Source: Dehalococcoidia bacterium UBA5620
GTDB lineage: Bacteria > Chloroflexota > Dehalococcoidia > GIF9 > UBA5629
Direction of reading: 5' to 3'
NCBI GenBank assembly: GCA_002423605.1
Contig: DIKK01000006.1
Span: 1,216-65,215, forward strand
Length of the DNA: 64,000 nucleotides
Of the stretch, positions 19,674 to 31,354 are shown in pieces (position 1 is the first letter of the stretch; every line of letters starts with the position of its first letter). The notes below the pieces were generated by a model, which was not told the DNA's origin, made no database searches, and saw only the letters and a list, made by a program, of their open reading frames with translations. Made by a program: the position numbers and the translations under genes.

Positions 19674-20315
19674 CTAGCTCAGTATCAGTTTGGTGCGGTG
19701 GATGGACTCAGGACGCTGTGATGAGCCCAGGGCTTTAGCTACCTGTTCAGGCCTGCCCGTGCCTGCAGGATCGCAGCGTAGCCTCATGCCAAGGGTATAC
19801 CCGGAGTCGTTAACGTCGATGAGCCATATATCATCTATGAGAGCACGCAGGTCATAGTGGCGGGTACCCGTATCCCTCATATGGTGCCATGGCAGCTCCT
19901 TAGCAGAAAGCAACGAGCTTATGGCCAAGTCTATTTCCTGAGTTCCACTCTCTATTCCAAGCTCAACTCGGTATTCGGCAAAGCGCACCTGTGACTGCAG
20001 CGATGGTACATTAAGCCCTGCGAGCCAGGCTTCCATCAATTCAATACCATGGGGCAATTGCTGTCTAACCTGGCTGATGAATGAGTTCGGCGCTATCCAG
20101 CGGCTGAGGAAGACATCCATTATTTCAGCTTCGCTGGTCACCCCCACAGAAAGAGGCGAAGCCAGTGCTATCCGGGGATGAGGGGTAAAGCCTTCGGAAT
20201 AGGCTAGAGGCAGACCGCAACGGCGCAGTGCCCTTTCCCAGAGCCTCATCAAATCCAGGTGCGAAAGAAACTTTGCCTCTTCACCGCGGCCGAATCTAAG
20301 ACGCAGACGCTGCAT
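19674..20315 (-). CDS. DUF2344 / TIGR03936 'radical SAM-linked' protein
   Basis: 213 aa. N-terminal RFGRGEEAKFLSHLDLMRLWERALRRCGLP is the family signature. Confidence 0.7.
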   Translation of the reverse strand: MQRLRLRFGRGEEAKFLSHLDLMRLWERALRRCGLPLAYSEGFTPHPRIALASPLSVGVTSEAEIMDVFLSRWIAPNSFISQVRQQLPHGIELMEAWLAGLNVPSLQSQVRFAEYRVELGIESGTQEIDLAISSLLSAKELPWHHMRDTGTRHYDLRALIDDIWLIDVNDSGYTLGMRLRCDPAGTGRPEQVAKALGSSQRPESIHRTKLILS

Positions 20316-21573
20316 CCTTTTCCTTGGTCACCAGAATTCTCTCGATCTTCCTGTCCCGCATCTCCAGTATCGCCAGCTTAAGGTTTTTATAGCCCAACTG
20401 CTCACCCTGCTTTGGGATCCGCCTCAGATGGCTGAGGATGAATCCGGCTATGGTCTCATAGTCACCGCTGGGCAAGCCCAAATCCAGTTCCTCATTGGCC
20501 TCATCTATCTTTAGCCCTCCGTCCACCTCAAACGTGTTGGCATCGATGGTCACAATATCCTCATCCTTAATGCCCATCTCGTCACCGATAGTGCCCACGA
20601 TATCTGCGGTCAAGTGCTCCAGTGTGGCTATGCCCGCCACACCCCCATATTCATCGATGACCACAACCATGTGGTAGCTCTTGTCCCGCATATCAGCCAG
20701 GACCTCACCGAGGTGCTTGGTCTCCGGCACAAAGTGCACCAGGCGCACCAGCTTGTCAGTAGCGCTGTCCTCATCAAGGGAGTCATTGGCCATTGCCATG
20801 AGAACATCCTTAATCATGAGGACGCCAACCACATTATCGATAGTCCCTTCATACACGGGGAACCGTGAAAATGGAGACTTGCGATAGATATCGAGAAATT
20901 CAGCCAGAGTTGTCCCTTTCTCTACCCAAGTAACCTCGGTTCTGGGTTGCATGACCTCTTTCACCGGCCGGTCGGCAAACTCGAACACGTTGTGCAGCAT
21001 CTCGGCCTCATCTTCTTCCCACAGCCCCTCAGCTTCACCTACGGCGATGGCTGTATGCAATTCAGCCTCACTGAAGGTTGGCTTTGCCTCCTCGTCTTCT
21101 TTAACTGTCCTGGTAAACCTGAGGCCAATGTGGTTCAGGACATAAACTAAGGGATAGAGGATTACCGCAATAACTTCTATGGGTCTGGCATAAGTGAGAG
21201 CGATATTCTCCCCATAGCGGGTAGCCAGGCTCTTGGGTATCAGCTCGACAAAAATCAATGTCAGTACCGTGATCACGATGGTAGCGATGGCTATCCCGAG
21301 GTTATCTCCCCATAAAGACACCGCTATCACTGTGCCCAAGGTAGCCATTGCCGTCTCAAAAAAGTTGATGCCTAAGAGCACGGTGGACAGAAATTTTTCC
21401 GGATGTTCAACAATCCTGGAGACAACCTTTGCCTTGGGATGATTAGTTTGCATCAAATGGTGAAGGCGTAGTTTTTGCATGCCGATAAAAGCGGTCTCGG
21501 CGCTGCAGAAAAAAGCAGCGGCAGCAAGACATACAAGAAACAGTACTATATACAGAGTATTAACTCCTGCCAT
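20296..21573 (-). CDS. HlyC/CorC family transporter (DUF21-CBS-CorC_HlyC)
   Basis: 425 aa. N-terminal four-TM DUF21 domain, tandem CBS domains and a C-terminal CorC/HlyC transporter-associated domain. Confidence 0.85.
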   Translation of the reverse strand: MAGVNTLYIVLFLVCLAAAAFFCSAETAFIGMQKLRLHHLMQTNHPKAKVVSRIVEHPEKFLSTVLLGINFFETAMATLGTVIAVSLWGDNLGIAIATIVITVLTLIFVELIPKSLATRYGENIALTYARPIEVIAVILYPLVYVLNHIGLRFTRTVKEDEEAKPTFSEAELHTAIAVGEAEGLWEEDEAEMLHNVFEFADRPVKEVMQPRTEVTWVEKGTTLAEFLDIYRKSPFSRFPVYEGTIDNVVGVLMIKDVLMAMANDSLDEDSATDKLVRLVHFVPETKHLGEVLADMRDKSYHMVVVIDEYGGVAGIATLEHLTADIVGTIGDEMGIKDEDIVTIDANTFEVDGGLKIDEANEELDLGLPSGDYETIAGFILSHLRRIPKQGEQLGYKNLKLAILEMRDRKIERILVTKEKDAASAS

Positions 21574-21737
21574 ATGTAATCGAAAGTAGGATACCGAATA
21601 CCATCATAACATTGGCTTTTAATCGTGTCAAAGATACTGTAACTTGTCTGTAAGGCAAGCCTAAAAGTATTCTTTGAACTTTGTATTCTGGTAATCTGGA
21701 TTTGTTTGGGATTTAGTGTCTAGGATTTAAATGTTAG

Positions 21738-22523
21738 TTACTCCTGGTTGCTGAAGGACCACATAGCCAGGAGTATCATGGCAGCGCCGAACAGCGCCAT
21801 GATAATGACGTTGTCCCAAATCGTCATGGTATGCCCAAAGAGGTTCATGAGAAACGGTGAGTCGGCTGATCCCAACATCACCTGGCGGATGGGGGCAATG
21901 CCATATGTGGCCGGGTTTATCTTTACCAGGGCATCCATCCACGCAGGCAGCCCCTGCGGCGGGAAGAATACTCCGGAGAGAAATACCATGGGGAACATCA
22001 GTAGTTGCATCATCATCTGAAAGGCCTCCATGGATTTGATGCGCGTGGCTAACACTACACCCAGGGAACCCATAGAAGCAGCTAGCAACAGCATCAACGG
22101 CCAGATGGTCAACACCTTCACCAGGGTGAGTGATACGCCGACCAGTGGCGCCAGCACCAGGATAAGCGTTCCTTGAAGCAAGGCTATGGTTGCTGCCCCC
22201 AGCGTTTTGCCCACTGCCACCGAGGCGCGGCTGATGGGTGCCACCAGCACCTCCTTGAGGAAGCCAAACTCACGGTCCCAGACCACGGAGACGCCAGCCA
22301 TAAACGAGCTCATGAGCACCGTCATTCCGATAATGCCGGGGAATATGAACTGTCCGAATCCCACTCCCGAGCCGAAGGCGCCCATCATGCTGCCCATGCC
22401 GGCGCCAAAGACGATTAGAAACAGCAGCGGCATAGTCATGGAGCCGATCATACGCATCTTGTCACGCCAGAAGCGGAGCAGGTCACGGTACCAGATGATA
22501 TATATCCCACGCAGATGATTCAT
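21738..22523 (-). CDS. ABC-2 type transporter permease
   Basis: 261 aa, six TM helices. Immediately downstream of its ATPase partner. Confidence 0.75.
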   Translation of the reverse strand: MNHLRGIYIIWYRDLLRFWRDKMRMIGSMTMPLLFLIVFGAGMGSMMGAFGSGVGFGQFIFPGIIGMTVLMSSFMAGVSVVWDREFGFLKEVLVAPISRASVAVGKTLGAATIALLQGTLILVLAPLVGVSLTLVKVLTIWPLMLLLAASMGSLGVVLATRIKSMEAFQMMMQLLMFPMVFLSGVFFPPQGLPAWMDALVKINPATYGIAPIRQVMLGSADSPFLMNLFGHTMTIWDNVIIMALFGAAMILLAMWSFSNQE

Positions 22524-22532
22524 AGATATATC

Positions 22533-23513
22533 CTAACGCCGCATATGGCGGCCATGCTGGCGCACCATATCTTTAAAGACATCAGCGTTTTCCTTTCTGA
22601 TTTCACGCCCGGTTAGCTTGAGAAACACATCCTCCAAGCTAGGACGGCGCAGATTCACGCTAAGTATCCTGATGCCGAAATCCTTGACGAATGCGGGAAG
22701 GAATTCCTCTCCACTGGCTACCTCAAAAGTGATATCGCCATTGTCGTGCTTGGCCTCGAGCCCGTAGCGCAGCTTGATCTCCTCAACTGCCTTGCCATTA
22801 TCCACCGTTTTCACCGATACGATGTCCTTTGCCACAATCGTCTTGAGGTTCTCCGGGCTATCTATGGCGATAAGATTTCCGTGGTCGATGATGGCTATCC
22901 TGTCTGCTTTCTCCGCCTCATCCATATAGTGCGTGGTCAGGAAGATGGTGGTACCCTCACGTTCCCGCAGTTCCAGTATATACTCCCATATCTTGTTACG
23001 CGTCTGCGGGTCCAATCCCAGCGTGGGTTCATCCAGAAACAGCACCCTAGGATGGTGCAGCAATCCCCTAGCTATCTCCAGCCTGCGTTTCATGCCCCCG
23101 GAATAGGTGCGCACCTTGCCATCGCGCTTGTCCCACATCTCCACCATCCTGAGCATCTCCTCGATCCTCTTTTCGCGGACGGCTCCGGGCACGTTATATA
23201 CCATGGCATGGAAGCGCATATTCTGCATTCCGCTGAGCACATCATCGAGGCTGGGGTCCTGGAACACCAGCCCGATGGACTGGCGCACCTTGTTCTGCTG
23301 CTTCACTACGTCGAATCCGTTGATCGCTGCTCGTCCCGATGTCGGCTTCAATAGTGCGCACAGGATATTTATGGTGGTGGTCTTCCCCGCCCCGTTAGGG
23401 CCCAAGAAGCCGAATACCTCGCCCGCTTCCACCTCGAAGCTGATGTCATCTACCGCCACCATGGGCCCGAACTTCTTGGTCAGGTTCTCTACTTTGATCA
23501 TAGAATCAGACAT
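22533..23513 (-). CDS. ABC transporter ATP-binding protein (DrrA-like)
   Basis: 326 aa. Walker A (GPNGAGKTT), signature (YSGGMKRRLEIA) and Walker B (LFLDEPT). Confidence 0.9.
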   Translation of the reverse strand: MSDSMIKVENLTKKFGPMVAVDDISFEVEAGEVFGFLGPNGAGKTTTINILCALLKPTSGRAAINGFDVVKQQNKVRQSIGLVFQDPSLDDVLSGMQNMRFHAMVYNVPGAVREKRIEEMLRMVEMWDKRDGKVRTYSGGMKRRLEIARGLLHHPRVLFLDEPTLGLDPQTRNKIWEYILELREREGTTIFLTTHYMDEAEKADRIAIIDHGNLIAIDSPENLKTIVAKDIVSVKTVDNGKAVEEIKLRYGLEAKHDNGDITFEVASGEEFLPAFVKDFGIRILSVNLRRPSLEDVFLKLTGREIRKENADVFKDMVRQHGRHMRR

Positions 23514-23649
23514 AATTTTCTTAACAAAAGCCTCTTAATTGTAGGGCAACACCACTCTTTTGACAAACAATACTAGCCATGCTAAAATACTATCAAGATA
23601 TATCGTTATATATTTTAACATATCATGTCAAGATGTCAAGGAGGGCATT

Positions 23650-24147
23650 ATGTTTCATAGACGTCATTTTCCGTTTCCACCTCGGCAGGAGCGGATGTTC
23701 CACAAAGGAGATTTCAAGTATCTGATTTTGGACCTGCTTAAGGGCAAGCCGAGCTATGGCTACGAGATCATCCAGGCGTTGGAAGGGCGGTTTCATGGCT
23801 TCTATGCTCCCAGCGCAGGTGTGGTCTACCCCACCTTGCAATTGCTAGAGGAACTGGGCTATGTCACTGCTTACCAGCAGGATGCCAAGAAGGTCTATAC
23901 CATTACTGAAGAGGGCAAGAAGTTCCTCTCGGAACAGGAGGAGGTGGCAGAAGAAATCAAAGACAGGGTACATAACTGGTGGAATCCCGAAAGCCATGCG
24001 GAGATTCACGGGATGATGCATGAGCTGGGGGAGCTGGGATATATCATGGCGCACCACTCTCGAAAGGCAGATGCAGAGACGTTGCGCAAGGTCCGCGACA
24101 TCATACACAAGGCCAAAGGGGATATCGAATCCATCCTGAAACAGTAG
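23650..24147 (+). CDS. PadR family transcriptional regulator
   Basis: PadR winged helix (GYEIIQAL...GVVYPTLQLLEELGYV). ATG at 23650 preceded by AGGAGGG. Divergent from the ABC exporter operon. Confidence 0.8.
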   Translation: MFHRRHFPFPPRQERMFHKGDFKYLILDLLKGKPSYGYEIIQALEGRFHGFYAPSAGVVYPTLQLLEELGYVTAYQQDAKKVYTITEEGKKFLSEQEEVAEEIKDRVHNWWNPESHAEIHGMMHELGELGYIMAHHSRKADAETLRKVRDIIHKAKGDIESILKQ

Positions 24148-24158
24148 AATGGAAGAGG

Positions 24159-25445
24159 CTAACTTAGGGAGGCGAAGGCTCTCTCCGCAGCTTCCACCGT
24201 CGCCTGAATGTCTTTATCGCTATGAGCGGCGGAGACGAAGGCGGTCTCGAACTGGGAAGGCGGCAGATATATCCCCTGGGATAGCATGCCGTGGAAGAAA
24301 CGGGCATAACGCCCGGTATCCGCTTTTAGCGCACTCTCATAGTCTACGACGGGGTCTTTAGCAAGGAATATGGTGAACATCGAGCTTAGTTGCGGCATTT
24401 GTATCTCAATCCCAGCTTTCTCGGCCGCTGCCAGGATGCCCTTCTTTAAGATAAATGTTTTCCTCTCAAGTTCATCGTAGGCACCGTCCTTCTGCAGGAT
24501 GCTAAGGGTTTCGATGCCGGCGCTCATAGCCACGGGATTTCCTGCTAGTGTTCCCGCCTGATATACCAGCCCTGATGGTGCCACCATCTCCATGATGTCT
24601 CTCCGCCCGCCATAAGCCCCCACTGGAAAACCGCCGCCGATGATCTTCCCCAGGCAGGTGAGGTCAGGGATGATACCATATATGCTTTGAGCCCCGCTAT
24701 ATGCCGCCCTGAAGCCGGTGATGATCTCATCGAAGATGAGCAGACTCCCTGACGCACGTGTCATAGCGCGCAGTCCTTCTAGAAAACCGTGCCGTGGGAG
24801 TACCAGTCCCATATTGCCGGCGACCGGCTCAAGTATCACCGCCGCTATCTGGTGACCAAAGGCAGCAAAGAACTGCTCCGCTGCCTTCAGGTCGTTATAA
24901 GGGGCAACAAGAGTATCCAGGGTCAAGGATGGAGGCACGCCGGGAGAGATGGGTGATCCCATGGTAATCATCCCTGAGCCGGCTTTGGCCAGCAATCCAT
25001 CCGAATGCCCGTGATAGCAGCCTGAAAATTTGAGTATCTTATTTTTGCCAGTGAATGCCCGTGCCAAGCGTATGGCGCTCATAGCGGCTTCAGTGCCTGA
25101 GTTGACGAAGCGCACCAACTCTATAGAGGGCATGGCTTGACAGATCATCTGCGCCAGCCTGGTTTCTAGCTCAGTGGGCGTGCCAAAGCTGAATCCGCGC
25201 TCTACTGCCTTTCTTACTGCCTCCACTATGCTATGGTGAGCATGTCCCAGGATGAGCGGACCCCAGGAACCCACATAATCGATAAACTCGTTGCCGTCTT
25301 CATCATATAGCCTGGAGCCCTTTCCCCGTGCCACGAAAAACGGCGTTCCTCCCACCGCCTTAAAAGCGCGCACCGGGCTATCTACGCCTCCAGGCAAATA
25401 GCGCTGGGCGTCCTCAAAAAGCTGTTTCGACCGTTCTTCCTGCAT
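24159..25445 (-). CDS. hemL: glutamate-1-semialdehyde 2,1-aminomutase
   Basis: 428 aa. Class III aminotransferase with PLP-Lys region and typical HemL N-terminus (VDSPVRAFKAVGGTPFF). Confidence 0.9.
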   Translation of the reverse strand: MQEERSKQLFEDAQRYLPGGVDSPVRAFKAVGGTPFFVARGKGSRLYDEDGNEFIDYVGSWGPLILGHAHHSIVEAVRKAVERGFSFGTPTELETRLAQMICQAMPSIELVRFVNSGTEAAMSAIRLARAFTGKNKILKFSGCYHGHSDGLLAKAGSGMITMGSPISPGVPPSLTLDTLVAPYNDLKAAEQFFAAFGHQIAAVILEPVAGNMGLVLPRHGFLEGLRAMTRASGSLLIFDEIITGFRAAYSGAQSIYGIIPDLTCLGKIIGGGFPVGAYGGRRDIMEMVAPSGLVYQAGTLAGNPVAMSAGIETLSILQKDGAYDELERKTFILKKGILAAAEKAGIEIQMPQLSSMFTIFLAKDPVVDYESALKADTGRYARFFHGMLSQGIYLPPSQFETAFVSAAHSDKDIQATVEAAERAFASLS

Positions 25446-25449
25446 AGCC

Positions 25450-26433
25450 TTAATCCTGAGAAGCTAACCAGTAGGCTGCCTCTTTGGCGTAGTAAGTAAT
25501 AATGATGTCTGCGCCAGCCCTCTTAATAGATGTGAGCATCTCCAGCACAATCTTTTGCTCATCCAGCCAGCCCTGCTGTGCTGCAGCTTTGACCATGGCG
25601 TATTCGCCGCTCACGCTGTACGCAGCCAGGGGGTGATTAAAAGTGTCTCGCACCTTGCGTATTATATCAAGGTAGGGTAGAGCCGGCTTGACCATGACCA
25701 TATCTGCTCCCTCGGCGATGTCTTGTTCTACCTCCCGCAGCGCCTCACGCCCGTTGGGCGGGTCCATCTGATAAGAGCGTCTGTCTCCAAACTGCGGCGC
25801 TGATTCCGCTGCTTCACGGAAAGGCCCGTAGAAAGCGGAGGCGTATTTAGCCGCGTAGGATAGAATGGGGATATGCTGAAATCCGTTGCCATCCAGTGTA
25901 TGGCGTATTGCCTTCACCCTGCCGTCCATCATATCTGAGGGAGCTACTATATCAGCGCCGGCTTCGGCGTGGGACAAAGCCGTTTTAGCCAATAGCTCCA
26001 GGGTCTTATCATTATCCAAATCGCCATTCACCACCACACTGCAGTGGCCATGGCTGGTGTACTCGCAGAGGCAGACATCGGTCATCACCACAAGCTCCGG
26101 CGCCGTCTTTTTGATAGCGCGTACTGCATTCTGCACCACCCCATCACGGCGGTAAGCCGAAGAAGCCTTTTCATCCTTTTCCTCAGGTATGCCAAACAGT
26201 ATCACCGCGGGGATGCCCAGCCTGGCTATTTCCTCGATTTCCCCGGGCAGCAAGTCACTGGAGTAGCGGCAGATGCCGGGCATGGAAGCAATCTCCTGCC
26301 TTAGCCCTTTGCCCTCCACCACAAACAGAGGATATATCAAGTCGCCGACATCAACCTTTGTCTCACGTACCAGTGACCGCAGCGCTTCAGTACGACGCAG
26401 CCTCCGCAGCCTCAACTCAGGAAAACTACTCAT
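25450..26433 (-). CDS. hemB: porphobilinogen synthase
   Basis: ALAD signatures including the active-site Lys region. Start taken at the internal ATG ([14 protein letters not shown]), which overlaps the cobA/hemD stop by 8 nt. Confidence 0.9.
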   Translation of the reverse strand: MSSFPELRLRRLRRTEALRSLVRETKVDVGDLIYPLFVVEGKGLRQEIASMPGICRYSSDLLPGEIEEIARLGIPAVILFGIPEEKDEKASSAYRRDGVVQNAVRAIKKTAPELVVMTDVCLCEYTSHGHCSVVVNGDLDNDKTLELLAKTALSHAEAGADIVAPSDMMDGRVKAIRHTLDGNGFQHIPILSYAAKYASAFYGPFREAAESAPQFGDRRSYQMDPPNGREALREVEQDIAEGADMVMVKPALPYLDIIRKVRDTFNHPLAAYSVSGEYAMVKAAAQQGWLDEQKIVLEMLTSIKRAGADIIITYYAKEAAYWLASQD

Positions 26434-27961
26434 CTGTGGGGGCCTCCTTTCCCTGAAAATAATGTTCAAGTGCTTCAACCAGCCCAACCATAGTGTGCTC
26501 AGGCGCTACAATATCAGTCTTAAATCCCTTACATTCCAGAGCTTCGGCTGTGACTGGCCCAATACAGGCTAACACGGATTTCCTTATAACATCCTGTTCC
26601 TGTCCTAAAATATCCAGCAGGTTCTTTACCGTGGAAGCACTAGTGAAGGTGATGACCTCTATATCACCCTGGCACAGCATCTGTTTTCCTTGCAAAGCGG
26701 CTTTGCCTGCAGGAAGCGTGTGGTAAACTGTAACCTGGTGCACCTCAGCGCCCAGCCCGGTAAGCCCGTCGGTTAACTCTGTACCAGCAATATCAGCCCG
26801 GGGCAACAGCACCTTATAATCCTTGACATCCTTTCCTTTGAGTTCGGAGAGGAAGCCCCGGCTGGTATAGCTATCGGGCACATAATCGGCGTGAAGTCCT
26901 CTTATGGCCAGAGCTTCAGCGGTAGCCGGGCCGATGGCACCAATCTTGACGCCGCCGAACTGTCGGGCATCTAGCTTAAGTTTGCGCAACCGTTCAAAAA
27001 CTATCTCTACGGCGTTCATGCTGGTGAAGATGACCCAGCCATATCTGTTCAGGTTCCGGATAGCCTGGTCAAGCTCCTTCCAGCTAGTCGGCGGGCGAAT
27101 CTGGAGAACAGGCATCTCCACAGGCAGGGCGCCACGCTCGCGTAGCAGCCGGCTCAATCCGCTAGCTTGGCGCTCCGCTCTGGTCACCAGCACACGCTTG
27201 CCGAAAAGAGGCTGCTTTTCAAACCAGCGGAGCTTATCCCGCAGCTTCACCACCTCGCCCACTACCACCACAGAAGGCGGCCCAAAACCTGCTTTTACCG
27301 CTCGAGTCACGATGTTTCCTAACGTACCCACAACCGTCCGCTGCTGGGGGCTGGTGCCCCGCGTCACCACTGCCACCGGCGTGGACTTCGGCCTGCCATT
27401 CCACAGCAACTGGTCAACGATGCGCTTCAAATTCTCCATGCCCATGAGAATGACCAGGGTATCGCTGCCAATGCTAACCTTATCCCAGTGTATTGTCGAT
27501 TCACCCTTTTCCGCATCTTCGTGCCCGGTAACCACGGTAAAAGACGATGCCAGCCGGCGGTCGGTCACTGGAATGCCGGCATAAGCCGGCACTGCAGTCG
27601 CCGATGATACCCCGGGCACTACCTCAAAAGATATATTATTTGCTGCCAGGGTTACGGCTTCCTCTCCACCCCTGCCCAGCACGAAGGGGTCGCCGCCTTT
27701 AAGCCTCACCACCATTTTGCCTTCTCTGGCTTTGGCCACCAGCAGCAGGTTGATGTCCTTTTGCTCAGCGGCATGATAGACACGCCCTTTGCCCACGTAG
27801 ATTCTCTCGGCATTAGCGGGCGCGGCATCGAGGAGGCTATCGTCAACCAGCCGGTCATAGATGACCACCTCAGCCCGCTTGAGGCACTCCAGCCCTTTCA
27901 CCGTAATCAGGCCCGGCTCCCCGGGGCCTGCACCCACTATGTACACCTTACCCTCTTTCAT
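26426..27961 (-). CDS. cobA: bifunctional uroporphyrinogen-III C-methyltransferase / uroporphyrinogen-III synthase
   Basis: 511 aa. N-terminal SUMT domain ([18 protein letters not shown]) fused to a C-terminal HemD-like domain. Confidence 0.85.
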   Translation of the reverse strand: MKEGKVYIVGAGPGEPGLITVKGLECLKRAEVVIYDRLVDDSLLDAAPANAERIYVGKGRVYHAAEQKDINLLLVAKAREGKMVVRLKGGDPFVLGRGGEEAVTLAANNISFEVVPGVSSATAVPAYAGIPVTDRRLASSFTVVTGHEDAEKGESTIHWDKVSIGSDTLVILMGMENLKRIVDQLLWNGRPKSTPVAVVTRGTSPQQRTVVGTLGNIVTRAVKAGFGPPSVVVVGEVVKLRDKLRWFEKQPLFGKRVLVTRAERQASGLSRLLRERGALPVEMPVLQIRPPTSWKELDQAIRNLNRYGWVIFTSMNAVEIVFERLRKLKLDARQFGGVKIGAIGPATAEALAIRGLHADYVPDSYTSRGFLSELKGKDVKDYKVLLPRADIAGTELTDGLTGLGAEVHQVTVYHTLPAGKAALQGKQMLCQGDIEVITFTSASTVKNLLDILGQEQDVIRKSVLACIGPVTAEALECKGFKTDIVAPEHTMVGLVEALEHYFQGKEAPTDE

Positions 27962-28123
27962 AGTTACCCTACATAATAAGCTGTCACGCCTTGTTATTCA
28001 ATAGGGTGAAAAGATCCTTACCGCCGTCTTTGGGATTCTGGCACAAGTTACCGCGACTTCAAGCAGGGCATGCTGAAAGACAGAGACGTCTTGCACTTGT
28101 TCCCGCCTATCGTCGGCGGATAG

Positions 28124-28855
28124 CTACAACCCATGCCAGGTGACTATCTCGTCGAGCGGCACACGGCGGCTGCGAAACTTGTTTGCCAGAGCTTCCTCAT
28201 CAGGGTAACCGATAGCTATGGCTACCACCAGCTGTTTCGATTCCGGGATATGTAACAGGTGCCTAACCTCATCCGGATAGCTCATGCCGGCTGCCAGTAT
28301 GGTTGTCCCCAATCCGTAGTTGAGCGCCCCTAGCGCTATATTCTGGACGACCAGTCCGATGTTCAACAATGCCCACTCGCTGAGACCTTTCTCTGTGTAT
28401 ACGATGATGCCATTGGGGGCATCGAAGAAACGGTACATATCCACAAACCACCGCAACTGCTTTTCCTTATCCTCGCGGCTGATACCCATATGCTGATACA
28501 GCCGGAGTCCATTTTCCCGCCTCCGCTCCATATACAACGAAGGCCACTGCGGCTGCGGGATGTCAGGATACCTTTCATCACTGACCGAAGCTTTTTCGGC
28601 AAGGATTAGCTCCAGCTCTTTCATCACCTCGCCACCTACTACGGCAAATTCCCAGGTCTGCAAGTTCCCCCAAGAAGGGGCCCGAACCGCCACCTGCAAA
28701 ATCTGGGCAATAATCTCCCTGGAGACAGGCTTTGGTTTGAATCCCCGCACGCTGTACCTTGCTTTCATCGCTTCAATAATATCCATACCATCTACTCCTG
28801 AGTTAGCATGTAGTGTTTCAACAAAAAGGCTATACACCTTAGCCAGATTATGCAA
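28124..28855 (-). CDS. nitroreductase family protein
   Basis: 243 aa. YSVRGFKPKPVSREIIAQIL...APSWGNLQTWEF NAD(P)H-flavin nitroreductase fold. Confidence 0.7.
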   Translation of the reverse strand: MHNLAKVYSLFVETLHANSGVDGMDIIEAMKARYSVRGFKPKPVSREIIAQILQVAVRAPSWGNLQTWEFAVVGGEVMKELELILAEKASVSDERYPDIPQPQWPSLYMERRRENGLRLYQHMGISREDKEKQLRWFVDMYRFFDAPNGIIVYTEKGLSEWALLNIGLVVQNIALGALNYGLGTTILAAGMSYPDEVRHLLHIPESKQLVVAIAIGYPDEEALANKFRSRRVPLDEIVTWHGL

Positions 28856-29206
28856 CTAAATGCTGTGCTTCCTCGCCCCTTGTGGGAGAGGGGAATATAT
28901 TTTAACGTTGACTTTTGCAACTTAGTGCTAACCATAGGTAGTTACCAAAACAAAAGTAAATTATACATTACTTCGGGCAGCAAGGATAAATTGTTTTCCT
29001 TTGTACGTTCGCTGCCGAACACTCACTGGATAACGACGGTAACCTCTACTTCAGCGTCATTTCATCAAAGATGGCAAGATGATAGAGGCTGATATCTGTA
29101 TGGCGCTCCGGAAATGGCGCATGGATGAGTGGTTGCCCCGGCTGGTTTATCAGCCACCTGTGGGCGGATAGCGGCACCAAAATGTGGGGCTACATTGATT
29201 CATTTT

Positions 29207-30616
29207 TTATCCCAGGTAGCCTATCAGCTTGCGGCTGCGGCTGGGGTGGCGTAGCTTCCGCAGCGCTTCTACTTCGATCTGGCGTATACGTTCCTTGGTG
29301 AGGCCGAGCTCGTTGCCAACCTCCTCCAGCGTCAGGTTGCGTTCGTTAAGCAAACCGAACCTCATCTCTATCACCCTGCGTTCGCGCGGTGTCAGTGATT
29401 CCAGAACGTCGCTAATCTGATCCCGAAGCATGCCCACGGCGGCCATTTCAAAGGGTTCTGGCGCCACCTTGTCTTCCACAAAGTCGCCCAGCCTGCTGCC
29501 CTCTTCTCCCACCGGCGTCTCCAGGGAGATAGATTCTCTGGAGTTCACCTTGAGCAGCCAGTCCATTTTATCTTTGGATATTCCCATCTCAGAAGCGAGT
29601 TCTTCGCTGGTGGGATAGCGAGCGTGCTTTTGCAGGAACTTCTGCTTTGCTTGTACCAGGCTCTTGATGCTATTGACCATATGTTCCGGCAGCCGAACGG
29701 TGCGTGCCTGGTCGGCGATCGCCCGGTTTATCGCTTGTCGGATCCACCAGTGCGCATAGGTGCTGAACTTATAGCCCTTGCGGTGGTCGAACTTATCCAC
29801 CGCCCGCATCAGCCCGAGGTTGCCCTCTTGGATGAGGTCGGGCAGCAGCACGCCGCGGCCTAGGTGCTTCTTGGCTACGCTGACCACCAGACGCAGGTTG
29901 GATTGCACCAAGCGGCTATGTGCCTGTTGTGCCTTCTCTCTTGTCTGGGCAAAGTGCTTGTCGATTTCAGGGATATGCTTTTGTAGCTCATCCCTGAACT
30001 GGCTCGAGTGCAGGGCTTTCTCGAGCTCTGCCACCGAAGTTTTCTGCCATGCTTGGCCTACTATGTGCCAGGGGATAAGCCGGCTGTCCAGCGACAGTTC
30101 TACCAGAACATCTTGTGTTCGCGGCTCAGTGGCTCTGGTGGCCTTGGCTATGGCGCTGACCAGGCGCGGGTCTAGCTGGCCATCTATTTCCTGGCGCAGC
30201 TCCGTATTTTGTATCTTCTCCGCTATGCTGGCCTTAGGTGAAAGCTTCAGATGCCAGCACAACGCTTCGAACGTCCGATGCGCCTGGACGAAGCGTTCTG
30301 CTAGTGCCAGCAGCAAATCGGTGGAAGACGGCTTGATGACGTACTTTTCAGTCCACTCTTGCTCAAGTCGTGCAAGGTGCCTGCTGTCCTCCGATTGGCT
30401 GCCTAAAGCCTTCTCCTCTTTGGCGCTGAGAAGCCGGGTTTGGCTACAATCGGCGAAGTAGACAGCTATGGAATCTACACCGATGTCAGCCTCTCCCTTT
30501 GAGTACGGGCTCTCAACCTCTTGATGTTCCCCGTATATAACGCCTCCGCCGGCTGGATTCAATTCTCTATCGTCGGCAAAAGCTCTTCCTAGATTCTCGA
30601 TATTTTCTATAACCAT
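29207..30616 (-). CDS. rpoD: RNA polymerase primary sigma factor (sigma-70)
   Basis: 469 aa. Region 2 ([37 protein letters not shown]), region 3 and region 4 ([31 protein letters not shown]), plus a long acidic N-terminal region. Confidence 0.85.
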   Translation of the reverse strand: MVIENIENLGRAFADDRELNPAGGGVIYGEHQEVESPYSKGEADIGVDSIAVYFADCSQTRLLSAKEEKALGSQSEDSRHLARLEQEWTEKYVIKPSSTDLLLALAERFVQAHRTFEALCWHLKLSPKASIAEKIQNTELRQEIDGQLDPRLVSAIAKATRATEPRTQDVLVELSLDSRLIPWHIVGQAWQKTSVAELEKALHSSQFRDELQKHIPEIDKHFAQTREKAQQAHSRLVQSNLRLVVSVAKKHLGRGVLLPDLIQEGNLGLMRAVDKFDHRKGYKFSTYAHWWIRQAINRAIADQARTVRLPEHMVNSIKSLVQAKQKFLQKHARYPTSEELASEMGISKDKMDWLLKVNSRESISLETPVGEEGSRLGDFVEDKVAPEPFEMAAVGMLRDQISDVLESLTPRERRVIEMRFGLLNERNLTLEEVGNELGLTKERIRQIEVEALRKLRHPSRSRKLIGYLG

Positions 30617-30623
30617 GGTCGAC

Positions 30624-30872
30624 TCATAACCTCGCTACCCCTGTTGTAGGTGATTGTAGCTCGATGACCTCTTTTACTTCTGGCACGCGCTCTTTAAGCA
30701 TGCGCTCGACTACGCGCTTAAGGGTCAAAGATGCCATAGGGCAACTACCACAGGCACCGGTCAATTTCAACGTCACCATACCATCAGTGATGTCTATCAG
30801 CTCCACGTCACCGCCATCTGCCCTCAAATTGGGCCTTATCTGGTTCAAGGCTTCTTCTACTTTCTCTCGCAT
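30624..30872 (-). CDS. NifU-like (Nfu-type) Fe-S scaffold domain protein, second copy
   Basis: About 65% identical to the 10595..10813 product over 72 aa ([10 protein letters not shown]). Start taken at the internal ATG (MREKVEEAL) preceded by GGAGGG; the track ORF extends to 30923. Confidence 0.7.
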   Translation of the reverse strand: MREKVEEALNQIRPNLRADGGDVELIDITDGMVTLKLTGACGSCPMASLTLKRVVERMLKERVPEVKEVIELQSPTTGVARL

Positions 30873-31354
30873 CTCAACCCTCCATGTACTAGTAACATCT
30901 TGCTCAGTCCGTTCGTTCAGCATGATTTATTTTAGGTCAAAACATGGGCTCTGTATGCGACTTTTGTCGCTTTCATAAGAGTAGCATCTAAATGTGAAGA
31001 TATTATTAAAGATATGTGAAGAATCTGTGAATTGTCTCTTTTTCAGCAACCTCATTTGGTATGTTATCGAATCTAGCTACAAGATGCTGGTGACAAAGCA
31101 ACAACTCGGGGCTGATAGAGGATGGCACTTTCTATCTATGAGCTAATTTTATCAGATTGATCACACTGGCACAACCTGGCAGTGGGATGCGGAATGAATT
31201 GGACTGTACCCAACGACAGGATTGCATATTTTCAGCAATGAGGAGAATAGTAAAGCTAGCCTCTCTACGCTGGGCTGAAAGAGGAGAGCGATTTAGTGTC
31301 TCGGATTGAGAAGCTCGAACAAAAAGTGGGAAGTTTGAGCAGCCCTCAGCTTGT

